DNA of 64,000 nucleotides from Porphyridium purpureum (GCA_008690995.1 VRMN01000008.1:806001-870000), one strand, 5' to 3'; shown: positions 11,366 through 25,100, counted from the stretch's first letter. Program-made: numbers and translations. Notes: generated by a model from the sequence alone, not told the origin.

Positions 11366-11853
11366 CATGACGCGGTTTCAAACCTGTGCTTGGTCGAACC
11401 TCCAAGATGAACTCTGAAAATTTATCACCGAGGTGCTTACGGAACGCCAGCAGCCTCACGCAAGAGCCGGAGGCGAAGCACAGTGCGAGCTCTGCAAAGT
11501 TCCTGCTTCGTTATTTCTATTCTTCTGGGGATGCAGAAGTGCAATCACAGGTGGAGAATGCAGAGTTCCGCGTCGCCACAAATTACTACTTTTTTTCCAG
11601 TGACACGAGAGCGTTCGAAATGAAAAGGCCTGCCAATCTAGCGCACTGAAGAGGGCGTACTCTCCATTAGGATGCATGGTGGGTGCGAGGTGTATGGGAA
11701 ACATTTTATCTATCCAACACCGTTCTTTTCAGCTTGTGTCCCAATCACAGGCCAGCAACGTGTGATAGACAAGCATAGTTTGTCTATCAGCACAGTATCA
11801 GCCACAAGTTCTACGAAAGGACGCTTTGCAAGATATCCAAGCCACGCACGTGT

Positions 11854-13446
11854 CTACAAGCCACGAGGAGACATCGCCGGGTTCGTACACATCTGATTGT
11901 AAGGAAAGTATTCTAAACGCGGCCCGCTCAGAACGTTGCATCGGAACACGCTACCCATTCCAGTCTCAGTTTCTACTGCGTTCAGAACACACGTGTCCCT
12001 CTCACTAAAGAAGCAGTCACCCGTCGGAATCTCTCCGGGCTCAATGCAGCGGAAATCATCGTACGTATTTCCACTGTTTGTGCAGAGATCGGACACTGTG
12101 CCAGTCGCTCCTGCTCCGCAACTCCATACGAGTGTTGATACAGTCATTCCAGTGCTAATACAGTCGCAATCAGCAACGTCATCTGGTGAGAAGACACCTA
12201 CAATATCGTTCGAAATAAGTGGAGTAATCTCTCCAATAGTGTCACTAAATGCCCTGGAAGTGCCAAAGTATTGAATATTGCCAGCCGGACCGACATTGAA
12301 GTAATCAAACGTGTACTGAGGATCAAACGCTCCGGCACCATTCGCCCAGTTAGATCCCCAGTAATCAGTGCCTTCAATGTCGCGCAGAGTTTCAAATGTC
12401 GTACTGGTCTCGTTCACCCGGAATACTTGGTCAGTAACATTATAGAAGACGTAGTCAGCGGGCAGCTCAAAAGTGCCTTCCCAAATGTAGCAAAACAAGA
12501 AAGAAGTGCAATCACCGCGCGGATAGAGGACAGGGTTGGCTCCGCCAAAGCCAGCAGAAAAAAACGAATTTCCCAAGAGGCTTAACCCACTGCCGAACGA
12601 ATTCGGGTCACAATCGGAGTCGCAGTTGAGCGCTGGGCACGGCTTCACAAACACAGTCAATTCAGTGAAACCAGCCACAGGTCCCGCCTGTCTCATGACC
12701 ACTGTAGGCATACTCATGCGCGAAGAACGAACACCAAAGGGAAGCGTAGGCACTCCGCGAGAATCAGTTTCAATTGACTCTGCGCACATGACGGAAGGTG
12801 TATCGACAATCTCGCCAATGTACTCAACGGGAGCGGCCTCTCTCTGTTCCTCAGTGACACCTTCCTGGTCAGGCTGCGAGCAGTCCAGCCTCAAATCAAC
12901 ACGAAAAACTGCCGTGCTTCCTGGTAGTAATCCACTTGTCGTAAGCTTCACATATTTCCCGTCCGGAAATGAGGCATCCGGCCTCTCGACTTCCTCTGCA
13001 ACGACGTTCACGGTTGGTTGCATTGCCGGCACGCAAAGCTCGTCACCATAGTTAAAGTCAACAGCTGTTACCTTTCCGAAAACGATGCTCTCGCTGATGT
13101 CACCTGCGACATGAAAGCGGGCAAGCGCTGTCACAGCGCCTTCTACATCGCCGTTGAACTCTACTTTCCAAAGGTACGGAAAAGTGTCATGGCAGTGCAC
13201 TCGCCGCTGAGTGCCAATGTCGGCGGACTCGTGCACAGCATCCTTCCACGTGGTTCCAAGCATATTGCGCAAATACGATGGACCCGGTAACAGCGGCCGC
13301 AACTGAGAAACACTAAAGTCTGCCGCTTCGCACTTCTGCAAGTCGGACCGCGCCATCACGCGCCCAGCGATGAGAAAACACACGATTACCAGCACCACCA
13401 TCATCGATCCTGCGGGCCTGGATCTCCAGCCTGAAAAGGACTTCAT
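11854..13446 (-). CDS. Putative secreted protein of unknown function, 530 aa, Cys-rich C-terminus
   Basis: Long ORF with an N-terminal hydrophobic segment (MMVVLVIVCFLIAGRVMA). Confidence 0.8.
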   Translation of the reverse strand: MKSFSGWRSRPAGSMMVVLVIVCFLIAGRVMARSDLQKCEAADFSVSQLRPLLPGPSYLRNMLGTTWKDAVHESADIGTQRRVHCHDTFPYLWKVEFNGDVEGAVTALARFHVAGDISESIVFGKVTAVDFNYGDELCVPAMQPTVNVVAEEVERPDASFPDGKYVKLTTSGLLPGSTAVFRVDLRLDCSQPDQEGVTEEQREAAPVEYIGEIVDTPSVMCAESIETDSRGVPTLPFGVRSSRMSMPTVVMRQAGPVAGFTELTVFVKPCPALNCDSDCDPNSFGSGLSLLGNSFFSAGFGGANPVLYPRGDCTSFLFCYIWEGTFELPADYVFYNVTDQVFRVNETSTTFETLRDIEGTDYWGSNWANGAGAFDPQYTFDYFNVGPAGNIQYFGTSRAFSDTIGEITPLISNDIVGVFSPDDVADCDCISTGMTVSTLVWSCGAGATGTVSDLCTNSGNTYDDFRCIEPGEIPTGDCFFSERDTCVLNAVETETGMGSVFRCNVLSGPRLEYFPYNQMCTNPAMSPRGL

Positions 13447-14328
13447 GCTGCAGTAGTTACTTCACTTGCTACCACCCACCAGACGTGCTCGCGACCTTCT
13501 GCTTGCTGCTACATCGACTCGACACTTGATCTCAGCACCGCTGCAGCTCTTATACAGGGATCGCCCTTAAATACAGCTATTCCGCTGTTTGTGAGTGCGT
13601 GGACACCAGCACATAGAAACCGGATGCGCGAGAGATCATTCCTTGTCCGAGCCAGAAGTAATACACGAGCTCGTTCCACGCTATCGATTTCCGTTCGAGC
13701 GGCCGAGGCAAAAATCAGAGAGGTCGAATAGGAGATCCAGACAACATGATGCCTCGAGCTTGTCGCGTGTGGAAGCAAAGCTTCTCCGTTCGGGACGGGA
13801 GCGAGTGTCCGGGGTCACGGGGGTACCAAACAAGACCCCCTGTTGTTCCACCGCTTGATAAACTACAACGCAAGAACACCGGCTGGCGCATTTTGACATC
13901 GGCCCCGAGTGTCCAGCCGTGGCACGCGTGTCCTGCCAGACACCGGGGAGTTTGTATGCAGCTCCAAAACCGGGTCATTTTCATACATGTTTAGATCTGG
14001 GTACGCGTGACCACTTTTGCATCATTTTTCATCATTCAACCACCTATCGGTCTCAACCGATAGACCGAAAGTTTCGTTTGCGATACGCACTGGATTGAGT
14101 CCCTTCCACGCAGCAATGGACCGAAGTACAGGTTTCTGGTTGAGCTGTACCGTGAGACAATGGGGATTGCTTTGCAATATGCATTGCCAGAATCGCATTG
14201 CTTTGCAATGCGTATTTCGTGTCTGGTGTGCGCTTCCCGAGCGGGTCAAGTGGCGGGGGCTGGTGGCACGAAAGGGGAGGGGGAGGTGGCTTGTTGAGGG
14301 GAGGCGCGAGCGACGCGCGCGCGGCGGG

Positions 14329-16581
14329 ATGGGGAAGAGCTGTGGTGCGTGTGGGGCTTGCAAGGGGTCGGCGCCGTGGTGGTCGCCGGAGGCGCTGGGT
14401 GCGCTGTCGCCTGCCGCGCAACGCGCCGCGCGCGAGCGGCTGCGCGCGCTCGAGAACGACTTGCTGCCCGCGCGTGATGCCTGGCTTGCGCGCGTGCAGC
14501 AGCTCATTGCGGACAAGAAAGAGCAAGGCGGCAGAGTCAGTGGGGCACAGGATGTCCAGCAGACGCCGCCCGATGAACATCAGCCCGGAATGAATGGTGG
14601 CGCGTCGCTTTTGCCGCCAGCAGGCGAAGGAGAGAGAGCTCAACAGGTTCAGCAACGCAGTGCTGCCCCGTTTCTGGATGATATGGCAGCGGCCTCGGGA
14701 ACGACCACCTCTTCATTACAAGCGACGACACCTGAATCGTCGAACCTCTTTGACGGCGTGAGCAGTGCAGGCGTGCCGGCTGAAAGTGAACCTTTTGCCG
14801 TCGCTGCTGATTTGCAAGGAGCAGAGCCAGATGCCACGCCGTTGATCGCTCTGCTGGATTTAAGGGATCGTGGTGGGGTTGATGATGAAAGGAATTTTGA
14901 ACGTGATTTAAACCTGCGCGCTCTCGAGATGGTGGAAAATGAAGCATCTCTGATAGATGACTTCCTCGCGGACCCGACAATGACACATACTCATAGTGAA
15001 GGAGTCGGAGACGACTTGCTGGGCGCGTTCTTCGAGGCGCAGCAGCCTCAAGAAAAGGAAAAGCAAGGTTTTCAACCAGCGGAAATGATTGATCGCGAAC
15101 CTAATGAAGATGCAGATGAGCAAGAATTTCATGATGTTCAGGAGAAGCCGCCCGTCAGTTCGTCACCTGCGGTGCTGCAAAAACCTGACGACGATGTGGT
15201 GCTTGCAGACGACGACTATGACGATGGAGACGAGTGGAATTTTCAGGATGCATGGGGAGGTAGTGGTGCTGCCGGGATTGCCGCAATCCAGACACAGCAA
15301 CCAGGCATTGCAGCGTCATTGCCAGACAGCAATGAAAGTGGCTACAATGCGCAGGAGCCGGGGGATGATTTTGGTGGCAACAGTAGTGGCAGTGGCTCAG
15401 GACTGGGTTCGATGAATAATGAAGATGTCTCTGCAGTCCGATCGCAGCTGGACACTGGATCTGTATCGACAATGCAAGACGAAGGGAACCAATCAGATGC
15501 AGGTTTCGATTCAAAGGTACAGTCAAAGGCGAAAACCCAGCCAGATCCGCATCCACAACCTCTCGCAGAAGCAGGTGCACTTGACGCGGACCCAAAGTCA
15601 AAACTACTCGAACAGACACATACCTCCTCGCCTGCGCAGCATCCACAGGATCATACAGGTGCGAATGATGTACAGGTCGAGTTGGCGACACATGAATCTC
15701 CGTCGTTCGTGATTGCGCCTGTTAATCTGGATCCGGACGTTTCGATCGAGGACGACTCTTCTCTCGAAGATGGTTTGCGAAACGTCTCGGATTCGTCGCG
15801 CACGCATCATAACCGCCGAAGCTCTGGAGCCATTCCGATGCCGCGCAACCTGTTTCAGAGGAAAGCCAGTGATACGGCGCCGGACGACAAGCACAAACTT
15901 CCGATGGTTACGAGCGAGCACCACAAGCATGTCCCGCCTCCTCTCGTCGGAATCGCGGACGAGCAAGCTAGCAAAAGCGGCGACAGTGGCAATGGCAGCA
16001 GCAGTTCGGGTTCTTCATCCGAGCAGGAAAATGTACTTGCTAACGAAATGGACGAGATTTCGCTGACACCAAACGATCCGATGGATCATGAGGCAAAGTC
16101 CCGGATGCCTTCCCTTGCCACCAGTGCGGCGCTTCCGCCGTCTCAAAAGCCACGATTAGATATGGATCGCGAAAACCAAATTGAGAATGCGCGGCGCGAA
16201 CGCCAACGACGCAAGACGGAGCACCCAAGCGGCCACGTTTCGGCTGGCTCAGATGCTTCTCGTTTGAGCACCAGCAGCGTACCGCTGGCAGCAAAGGTGG
16301 AGAGTTCTAACGGAGTGCGCGACCACGCGCCTGCTCTCGGCGCATCATCGGGCAACTGTGATGACTGCGCGCATCTGCGCGCAAAGATCTCGGATACGGA
16401 GCGCGCATTGCTGGTTCTGTCTAACGCGTTGTCTGCTCGTGACGCGACTGTGCGGGAGATACGCGTCAACAAGACCGGCAGCCGTAATGAGCAAATCGCG
16501 ACGCTCAGAGAAGAAGTCAGCGCGCTGCGCGTCACGTGTGACTACCTTTTCCAGCGTCTCCAGCACCAGGAGCAGCGCTGA
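14329..16581 (+). CDS. Acidic, largely disordered protein with N- and C-terminal coiled coils (~750 aa)
   Basis: Long ORF with likely start MGKSCGACGAC at 14329. Contains DDGDEWNFQDA-type motifs and a CDDC followed by heptad repeats at the C-terminus. Confidence 0.8.
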   Translation: MGKSCGACGACKGSAPWWSPEALGALSPAAQRAARERLRALENDLLPARDAWLARVQQLIADKKEQGGRVSGAQDVQQTPPDEHQPGMNGGASLLPPAGEGERAQQVQQRSAAPFLDDMAAASGTTTSSLQATTPESSNLFDGVSSAGVPAESEPFAVAADLQGAEPDATPLIALLDLRDRGGVDDERNFERDLNLRALEMVENEASLIDDFLADPTMTHTHSEGVGDDLLGAFFEAQQPQEKEKQGFQPAEMIDREPNEDADEQEFHDVQEKPPVSSSPAVLQKPDDDVVLADDDYDDGDEWNFQDAWGGSGAAGIAAIQTQQPGIAASLPDSNESGYNAQEPGDDFGGNSSGSGSGLGSMNNEDVSAVRSQLDTGSVSTMQDEGNQSDAGFDSKVQSKAKTQPDPHPQPLAEAGALDADPKSKLLEQTHTSSPAQHPQDHTGANDVQVELATHESPSFVIAPVNLDPDVSIEDDSSLEDGLRNVSDSSRTHHNRRSSGAIPMPRNLFQRKASDTAPDDKHKLPMVTSEHHKHVPPPLVGIADEQASKSGDSGNGSSSSGSSSEQENVLANEMDEISLTPNDPMDHEAKSRMPSLATSAALPPSQKPRLDMDRENQIENARRERQRRKTEHPSGHVSAGSDASRLSTSSVPLAAKVESSNGVRDHAPALGASSGNCDDCAHLRAKISDTERALLVLSNALSARDATVREIRVNKTGSRNEQIATLREEVSALRVTCDYLFQRLQHQEQR

Positions 16582-17124
16582 CATTTTAGTGAGGCATGAG
16601 GCTTATTTTGTTCACTCGTAGTTTCATCCGCAAACCGCCGGCACTGTTCACTTATTTTTGTCGTGTACTGAAAGTGTCGGAGACACGGGGGTGCTTTCCA
16701 GTCAAATACAGCGGGACCCCGGGTGGGGCCGGCTGGAAACAAGATGAGCCATTCGGTCGCGCGACGCCCCGTGCACGCGCCGGTGCACCGATGCGTTTCC
16801 GACGCACACCGACGTGCGCAGATAGCTCCCGCTATTCCCAGATAGTTCATCAACTCCCTCAATCCCGCAAGCAAACACAGAAATGTGTATTCCCAAGCTT
16901 TTCACGAAACAAAATCAATACCAGCTACATCTTCACCTGCTTGTCTTCTCTGTTTAGAGAAGAAGCGTCCAGGGTAGAGTCTCAGTTGCAGACCATGTGT
17001 CCAGAGCCAGGCTAAACATTGCAATACGCAAGTTTACGTGCACGTATCACGGCCGGCACATGCGTGTCCAGTAAAGCGACAGTACGCATGTGCTGCACCA
17101 GAGGAGCACTTGGACTAGTTCCGT

Positions 17125-17325
17125 TCGCACAAACGGTATCGAGGGACATATTCGTCGGCGACGACGTGATAGCTTAAGCTGCTTAGGGAGGTGATAGAGA
17201 TGATGAAGAGTACAAAACTAGAAATCGCTTTTTTTCTAGGATTGAGTTCAATGCGGGAGTGGATTAATTTCCCGAGTGCAAATTCAGCCCAGCTGAGATA
17301 TCATTTCTCATTTCTCACGAAACTG
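17125..17325. repeat. Dispersed ~200-bp repeat, copy 1
   Basis: Shares GATGATGAA-AGTAC, TTCTAGGATTGAGTTC and CAGCTG-GATATCATTTCTCAT with 63060-63255. Confidence 0.8.
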
Positions 17326-19669
17326 TCGTCGTGACGACTCACTGTACACGTGTGCTTTCAGTTATCTCACGATTGTCTGTTGTTTCAAGTTCCTGTCACC
17401 AATACAAGTAGCGCGGCCCATGCCTCGGGGGTCACGCGCAAGAGAAGAAGGTAAGATAAGAATTAGTAAAGCGTGCGAGAGAAATCTTACGGTAAAGTTC
17501 AAAGTGCGAAAGAGGGGACAATCCGGACCGCGCAGGAGCACCACGGAGCCCATGACCCGACGGTCCTCGGCCCCGTAGTCTCACTCCCACGCCCTCGAAG
17601 ATATTTTCCGGGACGCAATCCCGAATATTGCGACAGAAACCCGTGATTCACAACACTGTGCGCCCTTCTCAAAATCAACAAATACGCGCGACCTATACTG
17701 CGTCTTCCAACTAGAGCGTGTCTGATCGCAACATGAGTGCAAGGTGGGAGAAATCGTTTGCATCACATGCAAATGTTGACAGGAAGGATGGATGAAATCA
17801 ATCGCAAATGCAGTGCATTAATTCGAGTAAACTATACGCGATAGCCGAGAGGATCCAGCGTTTCGAATGACGCACCTTTTGCCATACGCTTGTGTCTCAT
17901 AATCTCTGGCTAGAAGCACGGCGCAACGTCCTTCGTACCAGTACGCGCAGTCCAGATTATCCGCATCCGCGATAAAAACTTCTGCCCACTTGCAAGTCTC
18001 GATGCTGGCGTTTCTAAGCGGCATGCATTCGAATTCAGCTTTGGCAGTGTTGCTGCCTGCATGCTCTTACAACCGTGCTGCCGTGCAGTATACATTCCAT
18101 TATGCTCTCGTAGATATGGCTGCAAGCGTGTTGTGTTTGCGCGCGAAGCTTGGGCGGAAAAGATCGACCCTCGTTCTTCCACGAGTTAACTCCTTCAGAA
18201 AAAGGAAGAATCCAATTGACCTAGCTTGGCGCCAGCCAGCGTGGTTGTCCCCTATCGGCAGCGCGTCTCTACTAGGCGACAAATGTTTAGATTCATTTTC
18301 GACCTCGTAGTCAAACATTCTGGCACATGCCAGAATGCTCACACGCTCAGCTGAAGCACTGTGGGATCCTTTTCGTCTATTACGTGCTCTTGCCCACATT
18401 TTGTACTTGTTGCCACGTCCATTCGACTGCCACGAGCACTTCTGCGCTTCTCGCTCAGTTTTGTCGTATTTGCTTGCCTACCGCGCAGTAATATTCCGTT
18501 GGTCTGGCCGTGCGAATACCAGCGTACGCGACCGCTGGTTGCGCGACGGAAAGTTCCTGTTTGATATTTTTGAGTCGGGGTGACAGAGGACACGGAAGGA
18601 CGAAAGGCACTTTTTTGATAGTGAATAGTGTGGTTCCTTCACGTGACTTATACTGGCAATAGAACCACTAGCTAAGTCCGCAACCTGCTTACCAGCTTTT
18701 GCTTGCTCGCTTTGCGGAACGGAACCGTCCACTCCTTGAATGTGAAAGCTTCCTTGCCCTCGATAGGTTGCTCGAACGCAAACGAGCCCCGGGAGGCGGA
18801 ACTCGTGCAGACCACTCGAATACTCGTGGCATTTCTCAAGATGAAGCGCGAATGCGTCGCATTCTCGCCACACGTGACACATTATGTGGCGCGCAATGCT
18901 TCGTCATAACAAGCACTTTGCAGATGCATTGTGTAATTCTTGCTAAAACAAAAACCACAAATGTCGCTAGAAGCGGTGGTACCTTGTGAGAGAATGAGAG
19001 TTTGGCTCGGGCTTTGGGCGGCTGTCGCTCTTTCGTATCTAGGCGGCCCTCCGACGGATAAGATGAACCTTCACTGGTATCAAATAAACTCTAAACTATA
19101 TTCTCTACCGAGTCGCGTTCTCTCCTGTGCTGCACCGGCGCTTGGACAGCCGGTCTTTTATACCAGGTGCCTGGTTTTCTCGCTGTAGTACAGCTGTGAG
19201 TAGATAATACAGCGACAACTAACAGAAATTTCACAATGACAAGTACTTAAACTTTTTATGATTCTCACACTTTTAGAGGGAAGACGCACCCTAGATTCGC
19301 AATTTGTTGCGAAAGCAAGCACCGGCTCTCGCCTTTTGTCGATCTGCACACAAAGTATTGTCTCTTCAGTGCCGCTAGCACGTGCAAGTGACGGCTATCA
19401 CATGCCTTTTGCTATGCTTGCCTATAGAGACGCATGAATCTCGCAAGTATCTCTGCAGACCATCGTTTTTGCGCCGAATAACTGGACGATCGTCCCACTC
19501 GTGTCCATTCCTATGCTCGCCACTCCCAAGCCACTTTGCCAAAGTGACCCACACTACGCCTTCTGCGCATACATACAATGCACGCAGTTTGAATGTACGC
19601 CCACCTCCTCGATCAGCGGCTTGAGCGCGACCTGGAAACCATGCGTCTCCTCGCGCTTAATCCGCTTGA

Positions 19670-21695
19670 TCACTGGAAGTTGAAATGCTTCAGCCCAAGG
19701 CGTCGCATGTGCTTTCTGAACAGATCCGCCGAAACTGGCTTGTTTAAAGGATCTGCAGGATTCATTCTTGCGAGCACGCAGGCATACGCCACTGGTCCAT
19801 CTTTTTCTATTTCAGCAAGCCAAGCGAGACTGACTGGCTGCATTTTCTGCACGTGCTTCAGCTAGTCGCTCTACCCGCGTTTGATGGCAGCAATTGCAGA
19901 CTCGTTGTCCAAATGGAGTTGCACGCGTGGCCAGTTTCCAAAAAGTTAACGCTGGGGCTGCGCTACGGCCAGCTTGGCGAACACCAGCACGGTGTTTCAT
20001 TTCGAGTTTACGCGAGCGTCCAAAGCTCCAAACACCTGATCTCAGGTATGCTGGTTCAGCGCGACAGATATGGTCAATGCTTTTTCGCACGTGTGTTCTG
20101 AGAGAATAAGCACCAGCTGAGCAGCTCCTTTTCTTTTAACTCTTGCTAGCTCTTTCTTCCTTCTTCTTTATCTAAGAATCCCTACATCATGCGGAGATCG
20201 ACGCTCATCATATACCCCTCAGGGCAGAGGCGCATCACAGACCGCCTGCGGGCCGACCCCCCCCGGAGGCCGCAACGGCTCTATCGTCCGTTCAGGTCCG
20301 TTGGATTCACAATTACTACGCCTGCATCGGACATGAGCGCGCAAACACTGTCGTTCATCTCTATTCCCCGTCAGGCTATCCCACGGGGCGGAAGGTTTGT
20401 TCTTTACCCATACACCCTGAACCTTTTATTTTTGTTCTAGTGCTACCTTCCCGCCGCCGCTCGCCGAGTATTTATACGCTGGCCAAGAAATTCAGGGTTT
20501 GGGTAACCCTCAAAGTAACTTGGTACAGCTAAAACTGTACCTGGTCAATTATTCACACTAATAATTGACAAACACCAATTGCGCATCGCTTGACGCACCC
20601 ATGTTTGAACATTGCCGATACGGAAACGGCTTCTCCTTACTTTCTTACCGGCAAACTAGGCCGGTGACTAGGGACCGATTTAACTCAAAACTCTCTTCCA
20701 CAAGCATTGATGCTGGGAATACGCTGCCCTGCGCTGCACAGTGCACTGATGTCAATTTAGCTTCTACTGCGTTCGTGCTGTGCGCCATTGCCTTCGTGAA
20801 CCTAAATCTGTCGAGTATTTGACGCCATTCGCACAAAGCAACAATGCAAATCCCGACTTCGAGTGCGCTTTCCCATGAAATCAGAGTCACTGAATCATTC
20901 AAGCTCTACAATTACTTTTGCTCGGTTTGGAAACTTGTATGTTAGCTCCGTATCTGCGTGTGAGGCAAGATAGCTCAGCACCTGATCTAAATCGTTCTGC
21001 ATTGCGTCAATTCCATGATCGTCAGCACGAGCCAGCTGACCAACAGCATGACACGAATCCAAACGAGAGCATTGTGCGAGCGATGAAAGCTACCCGACCA
21101 TTTGCTGGACGCCTTCTGGACATGTTTTTTCGCGCGTCTACTTCCGATCTCGGTGCTAGCGGAGTGCTGCGCAAACATCCCACACCCGCCTCCGCGCAGA
21201 TGTGCCTTGCATAAGACGTTGATGTTAAAACCCACGATTTCCTTCGCTCATGCATCTGGCAGTATATTTGAATGCCAAAGTACCGAATCGGGTCTTCAGC
21301 GCTTGACAGACGAAGAGACTTGATTGGCTTCGGCATGCTAAAACTGTTCTTCGTTTCTTTTGAGGCTTGCCGCACATCTCGTCGGCTTCCGAGAGGTGCG
21401 TCAACGTCAACGGGGAGGACGAGACACATGGTTAGATCCTGCATTCGGCAATGGTGTGCATTTCGGTCAGAGTTGTTTCCCTTCTGTGTGTAGGCCATTA
21501 GGCGTTTGCGTGCGGCATGTCCGTCGTCGCTGCCAATGCTTGCTAGCCATTGGAAGTGGAATACAAGGCTTTGTTATGCATGGCAACTTTGCATACAACT
21601 GCCAGTTACCACGCTCCGCAAAATATGAAGAAGATTGCGAACGAGCCCGACTGTCTCGTGTCCGTCTAGACTTGCACTTACGTACGATGCCTGAA
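19670..21695 (-). mobile_element. Decayed Copia-order retrotransposon, RT/RNase H part
   Basis: Fragments HVQKMQPVSLAWLAE...NPADPLNKPVSADLFRKH and PIRYFGIQIY...WVLTSTSYARHI align with the RH/RT of ORF 30624-34769 (HVSKMQHISIRWLHE...NLADGLTKPLPTDKFRSH; PISFLGSHLY...WVLDSSSYAQHI). Confidence 0.85.
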
Positions 21696-21989
21696 TGTTA
21701 CCAATGCTGTGCCTTTTTACTCTGCTTCTTCTTACCTCTTCTGTCTCCGAGCAAGACCTGACCGGCTAGTCCGGGCAGGCGCGTCGCCTTTTTATACCCT
21801 TACTTCCGCTAGGGACAGCAAGGCGCCAAGAGAAATGACAATGCAAATGATTGGCATTTCTGCGCGCGTCTAGAAGGTTCTGGAACCTCTAGAAGCTTCT
21901 AGAAACGGTTAAACGGTCTACCGGTTTAACGGCTTACCGGTTTCGGAGTAACCGAACCGTTCTAGGTGACTGGGGTCGAACGGATAACA
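21696..21989 (-). repeat. 3' LTR of the gypsy element
   Basis: Near-identical to 26861-27163 apart from a CT-rich indel region and a few substitutions. Confidence 0.97.
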
Positions 21990-22108
21990 TCTCCCCCCCT
22001 CTTGGCTCGACGTCTCGGCGAGACTTCAAACTAAGTTGCATTCTTGGCTCGAGGAACCCGCGCTCCGGGAGAAAACCTCTGCCTAGCAAACTTCTCACAA
22101 TACCCAAG

Positions 22109-25100
22109 TCATTCAGAGTCAGACTCTTCGATAATTTTCAACAAGTCTGGCTCAGAATCGGACGCCGGCATTTCGTCGGGTACTTCTTCATCATTTTCCC
22201 CTGCCATGTAGTCTTCGCGTCCATAGTATGGCTTCAGATGTTGGATCGGAAAAACATCATGACAAGCCACACCCTCGGGCAAAACCACTCGGTAAGCATG
22301 CGAGCTTACCTTCTCAATGACAGGCACCGGACCAAGAAACTTTGGTGCCGCCAAATCACTCTTGTTCGGCCGCAGTTGCGGCGCCGTGACCAACACTTGA
22401 TCACCAACTTGAAACTCCCGGGCATCCTTGCTTCGATCGAAGAACTTCTGCATTCTCCCTTGGGCTTCGATCAAATTGTCGCGGACTTCTTCATGGACTT
22501 TGCACAGGCGAAACCAGTGCTCCGCCATGTCCTTCGTCTGTCCGTCGCGCGCAGGCCTCCACCCTTCGCTCGGTGGAAACCAAGGATCCCTTCCATATAC
22601 CACTTTGAACGGCGCGAATCCAGTGGCACTGCTTGGTGCAGAGTTGTACGCAAACTCGTACAACGGCAAGTCTCGCACCCAGCCACTATTCGTCGCCATC
22701 AACTTGAGCATTTCCCGAATCACGCGGTTCACTCGCTCAGTTTGGCCATCAGTCTGCGGGTGGTTGGCGGTAGACATAGCCAACTTCATGCCCACCCGCT
22801 TGCTCAACTGCTGCCAAAACGTGGACGTAAACAGCGGATCTCGGTCCGATACAATTGACTTGGGGTATCCGAAACGGCTCACGACGTGCTTCACGAACAA
22901 GTCAGCACAACGCTTTGCTGTCAAGTCCTTGCGCGTCGGGATAAACAGCGCCATCTTCGAATAGCGATCCACCACAGTCATGATTGCATCACAGCTGCCT
23001 TCGCTCCGAGGCAGCTCCGTCACAAAGTCCATCGAAATGTCGACCCAAGGTCCTTCTGGGATCGACAAGGGCTTCAGCTTTCCGAACGACCGATTCTCAG
23101 ACTTTGTCACTTGGCATGCGTGACAAGTCTTCACAAAACGGCTCACGTCTCGCTTCATCTTTGGCCAGTAGAAGCGAGTTATCAAAGATGCATAAGTCGT
23201 GTCCGCTCCACGGTGCCCTGCTGTCGGGATATCGTGGTGGAGCTGCATGACACGCTCTCTGAACTTCCTCGGCACGCAAACGCGATTCCTCAAGTACAAG
23301 AGCCCGGCTTCGGTTCGAAAACCTTGGTGGGTCGGTAAATCCCCCATCAAAGGACCAAAGTCTGGGTCACTCGAGTACGAACCCACGAATGCCTGGAAAC
23401 CCGCACCAAATTCATCACACCGAACCTGGTACTCTAGCGCGTGTAACTCTGGCTTCCTCGACAAAGCATCGGCTACCACGTTCGACTTTCCCTTCACATA
23501 GTCGATTGTGATATCAAACTCGGCTAAAAAGTCCAGCCACCGTGCTTGCCGGCCATTCAGCTCCTTCTGCGTCATCAAATGTTTCAACGCCTCATGATCC
23601 GTATGAAGCACAAACTTTGCCCCGAACAGATAAGGTCGAAACTCTCGCAGACAGTGAATGACGGCCATGAGCTCACCTTCATAGCTGCTGTACCTGGTCT
23701 CTCGGTCCAGCAGCTTCCTTGACGTAAACGCGACCGGTCTGCCTTCCTGTGCCAGCCATCCCCCCACCGCGACTTCGGAGCGGTCCGTGTACACCTCAAA
23801 TGGCTTTTCAGGGTCTGGCAAGGCCAACACCGGCGCTTCCGTCAACATCCCCACAATCTTCTCGAAGGCCGACTTGCCTTCATCTCCCAGTTCGATCAGC
23901 TGCTTCTTCGACTTTGCGTTCTGCAACAGCGAAGTCAGCGGCGCCACGACGGTAGAGTATCCTTTGACAAACCTGCGAAACCAGTTTGTCATTCCCAAAA
24001 AGGATCTCAACTCCGTCACCGTCTTTGGCACTGGCCAATCTCTCAAAGCTTCCACCTTCCGTGGATCCATCTTCACGCAACCGTTGCCGACAATGTTCCC
24101 CAGGTATTCGACTTCAGAAACGAAGAAGCTGCACTTCTTGCGCTTCAACCGATACCCCGCCTTTTGCAAGCGCGACAACACTTCCTTCAGGACCTCAGCA
24201 TGCGACTGCCTATCCTTGGTAAAGACCAAAATATCGTCCAAGTAGACAATGACGGTCTTGTCCAGCAGATCTGCAAACAGCTCGTTCATGGCCCTCTGAA
24301 AAGTTGCCGGCGCGTTGCAAAGACCAAACGGCATCACACGGAACTCGAACTGTCCGTACCTGGTCTGGAACGCGGTCTTCGGCACGTCCTCTCTCCGAAC
24401 ACGCAACTGGTGGTATCCCGATGCCAAATCCAACTTTGAAAAACAATGAGCTGCGCCCAGTCGATCCAGCAACTCATCCATGTTTGGCAACGGATACCGG
24501 TCCTTCACAGTTGCGTCGTTCAACGCCCGATAATCGACGCACATCCTCATGCTGCCGTCTTTCTTCTTCACGAACAGCACGGGTGCTCCAAACGGGCTCT
24601 GACTCGGCTGGATGAATCCTTTATCCAGCAAGTCGTCCAAAGTCTCTCGGAGGACTTTCAACTCCGCAGGGCTCAGTCGGTAGACCCTGCCCACTCTCAC
24701 AGGCTTTTCATCTTTCAGCCTAATCACATGCTCCACTGTTCGGCTCTCAGGCAGCCCACGTGGCTCCTCGAACAGATTTTCGAAATCCTTGAGCATCTTT
24801 CTCACAGAGTCATCTCCTTTGCGCTCCACTGAACAGGGCTCCTCCCTTCCTTTCAGCACGCCGAGGTAGCACTCTTCTACCTCCTGACTCTTCAACAGCC
24901 GACGGAGCTCTTTCCGTGGCACCAGCATCTGCGTCATGCTCCAGGCCTTCTTCTCTCCGTAGGCCAACATGCCAGACTGCCAATCAATCACTGGGTTCTC
25001 CCGCTTCAGCCACTCCATGCCCAAGATTGCGTCTTGTCCCGCAATCCGGCAAATGGCAAAGGTAGCGGTCCCTGAGTACCCATCGCTCAGTTCAAACTTG

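Noticed and set aside
11023..11417. Poly-Leu, AV and AT ORFs
   Set aside because: Translations of a microsatellite.
17818..19400. Possible decayed minus-strand gene
   Set aside because: Coding-like fragments are present but no recognisable motif, so no call can be supported.
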